Below are positions 56,481 to 64,000 of a DNA stretch of 64,000 nucleotides, one piece after another. Both the position numbers and the translations under genes were made by a program. This stretch comes from the human T2T-CHM13v2.0 reference genome, Homo sapiens: assembly GCF_009914755.1 (NCBI RefSeq), contig NC_060928.1. One strand, 5' to 3'. The notes under the pieces were generated by a model, which saw only the letters and a program-made list of their open reading frames with translations, was not told the DNA's origin and did no database searches. Every line of letters begins with the position of its first letter. Within the stretch, counting starts at the first letter, position 1.

Positions 56481-58839
56481 GGAAGGCAAACACAAATGTG
56501 CAAAATGCTAACACCTGATGAATCTTAAATGAGAATATTTTCAGTTTATTTTACTATTCTTTCCACTTTTCTATAAGTTTGATTTGTTTTCAAGATACAA
56601 AGTTTTAAAAAATGAAATAAAATGAGAATAAAAATAGTGTTTAGAATAGACACAGAGTTAAGGTTAAGATTAGTTGATGAAGACATAACTATTTATCAGA
56701 GTTGAAACTAAAGAAGTTAATAAGTTATGGAGTAACTAAAGTGATTACTACCATTACTGTTACTCTGAGGAGGCTACTCTGGTAGAGAGTATTGGAAACA
56801 TTTTGCACTTTCTTGAAACAAGTTTGCTATTTCCCTACATTTACTGCTTCCCTGTATTCTGATCTTAAACCATTTATCCTCTGGTTCGTATTTTGAAATC
56901 CTTATTAGTCTGTTTCCTTAATTCAACAAAATCATCACTGCTTGAAGCAATAGGTTCTTCTCTAGTCACATCTTCTGCTGCAGACTCCACAGCTGGGACC
57001 CACCAAAGGATCTGGTCCCTGGCACAACAAAGAAACACGTCATATGACTTAACTTAGAGACTGGAATTGAAGCATGGTTTATGAGGTAGCAAAGACTTTT
57101 GTAAAGCTTAGATTGAATTTTCTAATTCCTAAAACAAATAAAATAGAATATCCCAAAGGTTATTCCAAAACCTTGGATATTTAGTTACTCTCACAATGAC
57201 GTGAACAATGTCAAAATAGGACATTGATGGGAAATGTGACAACTGACTTAGGAGGAGGATTGAAGTATCTCAGTCAAACAAATTGGATTTATTTCTATGA
57301 TTCCAACCCCAAGAAATATATGCTGGAAAGCAGACTGACCCACAGGCTACTAATCAAATGCGTTCATATCCCCTGAAGAAGTATGACCCTGATCAGTATC
57401 CAGAATGACTTTTATAAATCAGAGGTGCCCAAAACCAAAACAAACCCAGCAGAGTTGAGGGTTTTTGGAAATTCACTTATCAAATGAATTTAAAATGAGA
57501 AAATGATTATAGAAGAACAAAACCTTGCCAGAGAGCAAATGATAAGAACGTAAACATCAGCAATAAAAAACCGTTCAACAAACTGGAGAGAAAGCCAAAC
57601 CTATTAACACAAAAACACTGTGTGTAGCCCATTAGTTGTTCCTAGAACCCCCTAGAAATTCTGTATACTCTCTAGGTTAAGAGGAATAAGGAAAATGTGG
57701 CAAGAGGTACAGGAAGAAGTTTCAGCTAGTCCTAAGTCTGGAGAGCCCGGTCTTTACTGGCTAATAATAACAACATTGTTTTAAATATTTCAGGTTTATC
57801 AAGCTTTGGGTTTGCAAATGACTATGATTGCAGCAGCTTACAGGAACTACTTTATCGTAAAATGTGTGTTAATATGTGTCAGTACCAGGTGGGGAAAAAA
57901 TAATGGTGTTATCCAATAATAACAAAAGAAAAAAAAAACCACCCACAATTAACCCCCTCCCACAGCCCTGTTAACCAGTCCCAAACATATAAATACATCT
58001 TGCTGTAGCTAGAGAAAAGTACTCCTGGCTTTTATTAAACCTGCAGTGGGGAGAGATTCTGCAAGCAATACAGAAAAGGCTGCACTTGCTCCCAAGGAAT
58101 TTGACTGTTTATACTTCATAATGATAAGCTTAAAAAGCGACCTGGAAAGAGAGGGCTGGCTGCTTTCATGCTCCTGTGAGGGGCCACACTTTGTTCTTGG
58201 AGAGGCACTCTGACCACATTAATAGAGTGTAGCTCCCATGACCTTTCCCACTTAGCATTGTGTCCTGTGGCAGCAGTGGCCCCCAGGTACTTCCGGGCAA
58301 CGTGCCACCCTACCCAGTGCAGAAAAAGCACTGGGCTCTGCCGTCATGGCATTGTTGAATTAGTAACGAAACGCACCAGGCTCAGCAAACAAAACCTGGC
58401 AAGAAGGATTTTAAAACAAATGCTTCTGGTTTCACCTGAGCCACTGAAACAAATTAGAAGGTGCTGGGTGAAACTGGGCAGCTTCCGTAAACTCTGAAGA
58501 AGATCATGCTAAAGCCCTCAGCTGCCAAATGTGCAAATCTCAAAAGAAGTGAAAATTAGAGGGTCACCTTGTGTCTTCTAGAAGTGCTTCTGAAATACAT
58601 GTTCAGTAAGATTCATTGGTCAAGATAGTAAGATGGGCCCAAGTGATGTATTAATACAATCAGGTACACGTTTTAGGATCCAACGGTCCAACAACAAGTG
58701 GAAAATACTGTTGAAAAATAAAAATCCCCAATCCGCACTGGAAATAGTAGATGTTCAGTTAAAGGCCTGACAGTGACAGCACGTGCAGGTAGGAAAAATA
58801 AACTATGCGTGCTTGCAGAATATTGGATGGGAGCTATAA

Positions 58840-59231
<392 letters not shown>

Positions 59232-59319
59232 TAATTGCCAGATCATTGCCTTGAACTGAGAACATTCTTCTGGACATTTCCTGCATCAAAGGAAGACTAT
59301 TTGAAACATTCCTTGTGAG

Positions 59320-59609
<290 letters not shown>

Positions 59610-59804
59610 CTATAGGCATAAAGGTGGATTTTAAAAAATTTATCTGAGAGCTGATACCTGACCTGCATCTTGAAGGACCCATTATTCTCTTGGCATGTGG
59701 ACTCTTGCCTATATCTTTCCTTCATTAAAGACATGGTTTGCTTCCAACAATTGGAAGCAAACTCAAGTTGTGTTTCAATTTTTGGTAACACATGAGAAAG
59801 TCTT

Positions 59805-60305
59805 ATCACAGGATCAGGATTGGCTGCATAGGAGAGAAAGCTCAAATAACAGGGCTTACAAGAGACAGAGCTATATTTTTCTCTCACTTGAAGGATTGAG
59901 AAATAAGGAGTTCTAGGCTAGTAGAAAATTGGCCTCATGATTATTAGGACTCCAGCTCCTACCCTCTGTTCTGTCATCTTTTGAAACTGGTTTCTATCCT
60001 CAAGAATCCTCGTGGTCCAGAATGGCTACTTGTGCTCCAGCCATCAGGTCCATGTTCCAGGCAAGAAGAGGAGAGGGAGAGCCAAGGGGCACATTTTCCG
60101 CTTGAGTTGGCCTCTTTGAAGGAGCTTTTCCCCACCTCCCACCCAGCACTTCTGCTGAGATCTCATTGCATCCTGAGTGATAAGTAAGTCTCAAAAACGT
60201 GGTCTTTTCAGCCGGACGCCTTTTGGTCCCAGGTAAACCAGTGTTCTACTACTGAGAAACAAATTGATAATAGGGAGTGGATAGACAACAAGCTGCCTCT
60301 GCCAG
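59805..60305 (-). mobile_element. Old MaLR LTR (MLT1J/K/L-like)
   Basis: ttggctgca...aataacagggcttac...atggctacttgtgctccagccatca...tgttccaggca...ctctgcca. Confidence 0.65.
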
Positions 60306-60589
60306 CTCATGTCAGCCTGGGTACAAAGAAAGTACTATCTCATTTCTGGACATTGTCAGTGAGCCTTTATTCCTGGCTGGTCACCTGTCAGTGCAGGGAT
60401 CACCCAGGCTGACTCGGTGGGTTGCGGAAGCACCCTTCCTTCATTCCTGCCTGGGGGTGTCCTTGCCTATCCAGCCACTGTGCTTATCTCCTCAGCACAG
60501 ACTCAAAGCATTGCCATCTCTCCTTATACTGGTTTCATATCAATATCTCAAAGTATACTTGTTCATTCACTGTGGAACAAATAAATAAA

Positions 60590-60740
60590 TGGTGTGGATT
60601 CAAATATTCTGCAATTTGTTAGCTGTGTGATATGCAAATTGCCTAACCTCTTTGTGCTTCTGTTTCCTCATAAGAAAGGATGATAATATTATCTAATTCT
60701 GAGGGCGGTTGTGGCAATTAAATCCATTAATTAGCATAAA
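60590..60740 (+). mobile_element. MIR
   Basis: ggattcaaat...tagctgtgtga...cctaacctctttgtgcttctgtttcctca. Confidence 0.75.
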
Positions 60741-61469
60741 AGGGTATTAGGTATTATCTTGAATTTTGTATCTTTGATTTATGGTGCGGCACTGGGTGGG
60801 CACGGACCTCCGGGACCTTCCAATACCGTGGGAAACATCAGCTGGACGTGGACCAGAGCGTCAAAAAGCAACACAAATGCATGTGTTCATCAAAAGAATG
60901 GTCCAGACGGTGAGGGCCGTGGGCTTCAGCAAAGGAGAAACAGGCACTAGTGTCATCAGTGGGAACTTATCGCAGGCTCCCTGCAACTTCACCTGGACAG
61001 CGCGGCGCTGTGTGAACAGCCAGCAGGAGGCCTTTTCGCTTCTGCCTCCTGCTTTCCTTCCCGGCTGATGTCCTCCCCTCCCCTTTAATTTAAATTGGCA
61101 CCAGTTTCCTATTCTCTCGGCAGCCCTAGTTCTTTCCCTCATTTAACCTTTTCATAGAATCTAGTGGGGACTTTATCGACCAGATGCCAAGGGGCTGCCA
61201 GGGCAGGGCTGGCCTTCAGAGGAGGGGCATGGTGTGCCCAAGTCCTGCAGTTGGGGAAGGAGTAGGGAGCTGAGACCACAGAGGGACAGGGACAGAGGCT
61301 AGGGAGCAGCGTGCGCGGACACCTTGCCTGCGGGGAAGGCCTACGGAGGCCTTGCAGACAGCGTCTCAGCCGACACACAGGGCCCTTTAAGAAAAGAGGC
61401 ACCGTGTTCTTTAAGAGTTCTGTAGCAGAGTCCTGGCAGTCCCGGGACTTCACACGCTGCACATTTACT

Positions 61470-61625
61470 TGTGCTTTTATTTACTTAATCTCTGTCTGTC
61501 CCGCGAGATTATAAACTGCAGGACGGCAGAGATCATTTCTGTTTTGTTTTGACCCTGCTTCCAGGGCTCAGTATCGTACCTGGGCTGTGGAGGATACAGA
61601 AATGCCGAATGAACAAATGAACGGA
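61470..61625 (+). mobile_element. L2 3' end
   Basis: agattataaactgcaggacggcagaga...tctgttttgttt...gaatgaacaaatgaa. Confidence 0.65.
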
Positions 61626-62110
61626 TGACTGGGCCACATGGGTCCCAGGTGAATGAATTCCATCTGCCCCTTAAGGCCATCCCTTGATTCAATCCGACAA
61701 ACATTTCTTCAACCTGAACTAACCCAAGAAGATCCGCATCAAGGGTCAGATTACTAAAGCACTGCCCACCTTCTGGGTGGGTGAACGTGAGGGAACAAAT
61801 AGTGATGTTCCAGTGTGATTTGCCCACGCCCGGGGGGCAAGGGGAGCAGAGGGAACAAATGAACCGTCCCGCGCCTCACCAAGGGGCCACACGCGAGCTA
61901 AGTGGCTGAAGAGGAGTTCGCCTGCCTGGGAAGCCAGGGACAGGACTTCCAGGTGGAGGAAGTGGCAGCTGTGACTGAGAGGTGGAGTGGCACAGAAGCC
62001 TGTGTTGTGGCAGGAAGCAGAGGCGAGGTGGACAGGGTGGAAGGGTCACTGTTTGTCAAACACCTTGTTTTTCGTGGTAAGAACTTTGGGCCTTATCTTC
62101 CTGGAAATAA

Positions 62111-62464
<354 letters not shown>

Positions 62465-62659
62465 TGATCATTCTTGCATTTTAGAATAGGAGCTCTAGGA
62501 CCCATTTACCTGGGAAATACATTTTAATGGAGTAATTCACATGGTTTGATGTTTTGGTCGCTTTTATTAGTCGTCATTATTACGAAACATGTCTCGAACA
62601 CCTTCTTCTGTGCAAGGTATTCATATTAGTTGCCCGAGGAGATATCAACAAAATGAAGG

Positions 62660-63270
62660 ACCCATAAATTATAAGACATACCACTATTTTATGTTCCACC
62701 AAAAAGGAAAAAAACTGCTGCCAATGAAATTGTAACACGATGTTATTTTTTGAGTCTTATTATTATTTGTTGGAAGAGATGTTTCAAATGTATTGAGATT
62801 AAATTTCATCCTCTATCACTCTGTGTATAGAAAAAAGAAAGAAGTGAAATTAGTTGGCTACAATATTCTTAAAATTCTTCACCTGCAGTGTTCAGCTCTT
62901 CTGAATGACATTACTATTTAGGGTTTGACAGTCATCCTTTATCTAGTGTTTCCCCAGTTGGGTGTGCATCAGCATTACCAGGAAAAGTGGAGGAAATGGA
63001 GGCCCGGGCCACATGCCGTTCCAACAGGCCTGGAGCTCTGTATTCCTTGTTGGTAACCAAAAGATCCTGAGACCCCCAAAGAGGAGGAAACGCTGCCCAG
63101 CACATCAGGAGAGATGGCACAGCAGCGCTTCTGAAGTGAGTGCCCGCTTCTGTTTTCAGTATTTTTTGTATTCGGTGAGTTTTCACAGACATGCATATGA
63201 CAAGGTTGACACAACTGCCATGTGCCTGGCAGAGACATTGTTTCTGGGATATTAGAAAAGACATACGATG
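62660..63270. mobile_element. Possible Kanga-like (TcMar-Tc2) DNA transposon remnant
   Basis: taagacataccactattttatgttccac...aaaaactgctgccaat resembles a Tc2-family subterminal sequence; recall only. Confidence 0.4.
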
Positions 63271-63596
63271 GGAACTTTACAAAATATGCAAGAAGTATAT
63301 GAATGATAATAACTTGACTTCTATGAACAGGAACTAAGTAGATTGTGGCACAGCCACGCCATGGGAGATGCTCAGTGTTGAAAAGTCATTATGTAGAATG
63401 ATATTTTCCACAGGGTGTTCCAGGACAGGCTATTCTACAGGGGCACCACAGGCAAAACAAGGTTGGGAGATCCTGCAAACCATGCCCCTTGCCTAGAGTT
63501 TCAGAGTGCGCTCAGCATTCTGAGAGTTCTGAGAACGCCGGGAGTATAAAGATTTTACATTTTAAGCTAGAATTTTCCAATTATGGCATTAAAGAA

Positions 63597-64000
63597 AGAA
63601 AAGGAAAATAAAAACTCGAGACCCCAATTCACGATGCCAAAGGAAAAAATTAAGCTGAAAGCTGAGTCATGCAGGAAGCTGCTTTTCCTTTTTGTTCCTA
63701 AGCAGAAGCTACAGATAGAAGGTTTGATATCTCCACAGGTAGCTACTCTGTGTTTGCCTTATCTTACGTAAAGTGCCGTTTTACGGAGTGTCAGAGGAAT
63801 ACGTACTGACTCTTCCCCTGCCCGCTCCTTTCCTCTTGCAACAAGTGGATTCAGTGATGTGACCATACCTTCCTTCTTTCCCCTCCGGCCTCCTTTTCCC
63901 CTTTATGTACCGAAGTCCTCAAAATCATCTTTGGAGAAAGGCATGTCTCCCAGGCATGTCCTTAACCTTGGCAAAATAAGCTTCTAAATTGATTGAGACC
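63597..64000 (+). mobile_element. ERV1 LTR, MER4C-like (runs to window end)
   Basis: aaggaaaataaaaactcgagacccc...aagctgaaagctgagtcatgc...tatctccacaggtagctactct...cttaaccttggcaaaataa. Confidence 0.8.
63939..63961. promoter_or_regulatory. p53-family response element (two perfect half-sites, 3-bp spacer)
   Basis: AGGCATGTCT-CCC-AGGCATGTCC; both halves match RRRCWWGYYY. Confidence 0.5.

Overview
Primate, almost certainly human, genomic DNA. It is AT-rich and dense in Alu, MIR, L2, L1M, MER and LTR repeats, with no credible protein-coding exon. The longer listed ORFs trace to Alus or minisatellites or have no recognisable protein features. A 140-nt minus-strand exon (16066-16205) has strong splice sites and, from my recall only (not database-verified), matches a SORBS2/ArgBP2 5'-UTR exon. 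A cluster of minus-strand donor sites in a repeat-free, relatively CpG-rich stretch at about 51.4-53.2 kb looks like alternative first exons. The window is therefore best read as the 5' non-coding/intronic part of a large minus-strand gene, probably SORBS2 (4q35). I found no evidence of a new multi-gene system. The best leads are regulatory or mutational: a recursive-splice-site-like AG|GTAAG at about 29455; a compact GATA/MEF2/CArG module at about 28.2 kb; an AUG-UAA start-stop element in the UTR exon; a perfect p53 element in a MER4-type LTR; two minisatellites that grew out of L2 sequence, one an array of p53 half-sites; a young AluYa-lineage insertion; and Alus with template-switch hairpins. 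Repeat subfamily names and old-repeat boundaries are by eye and approximate.
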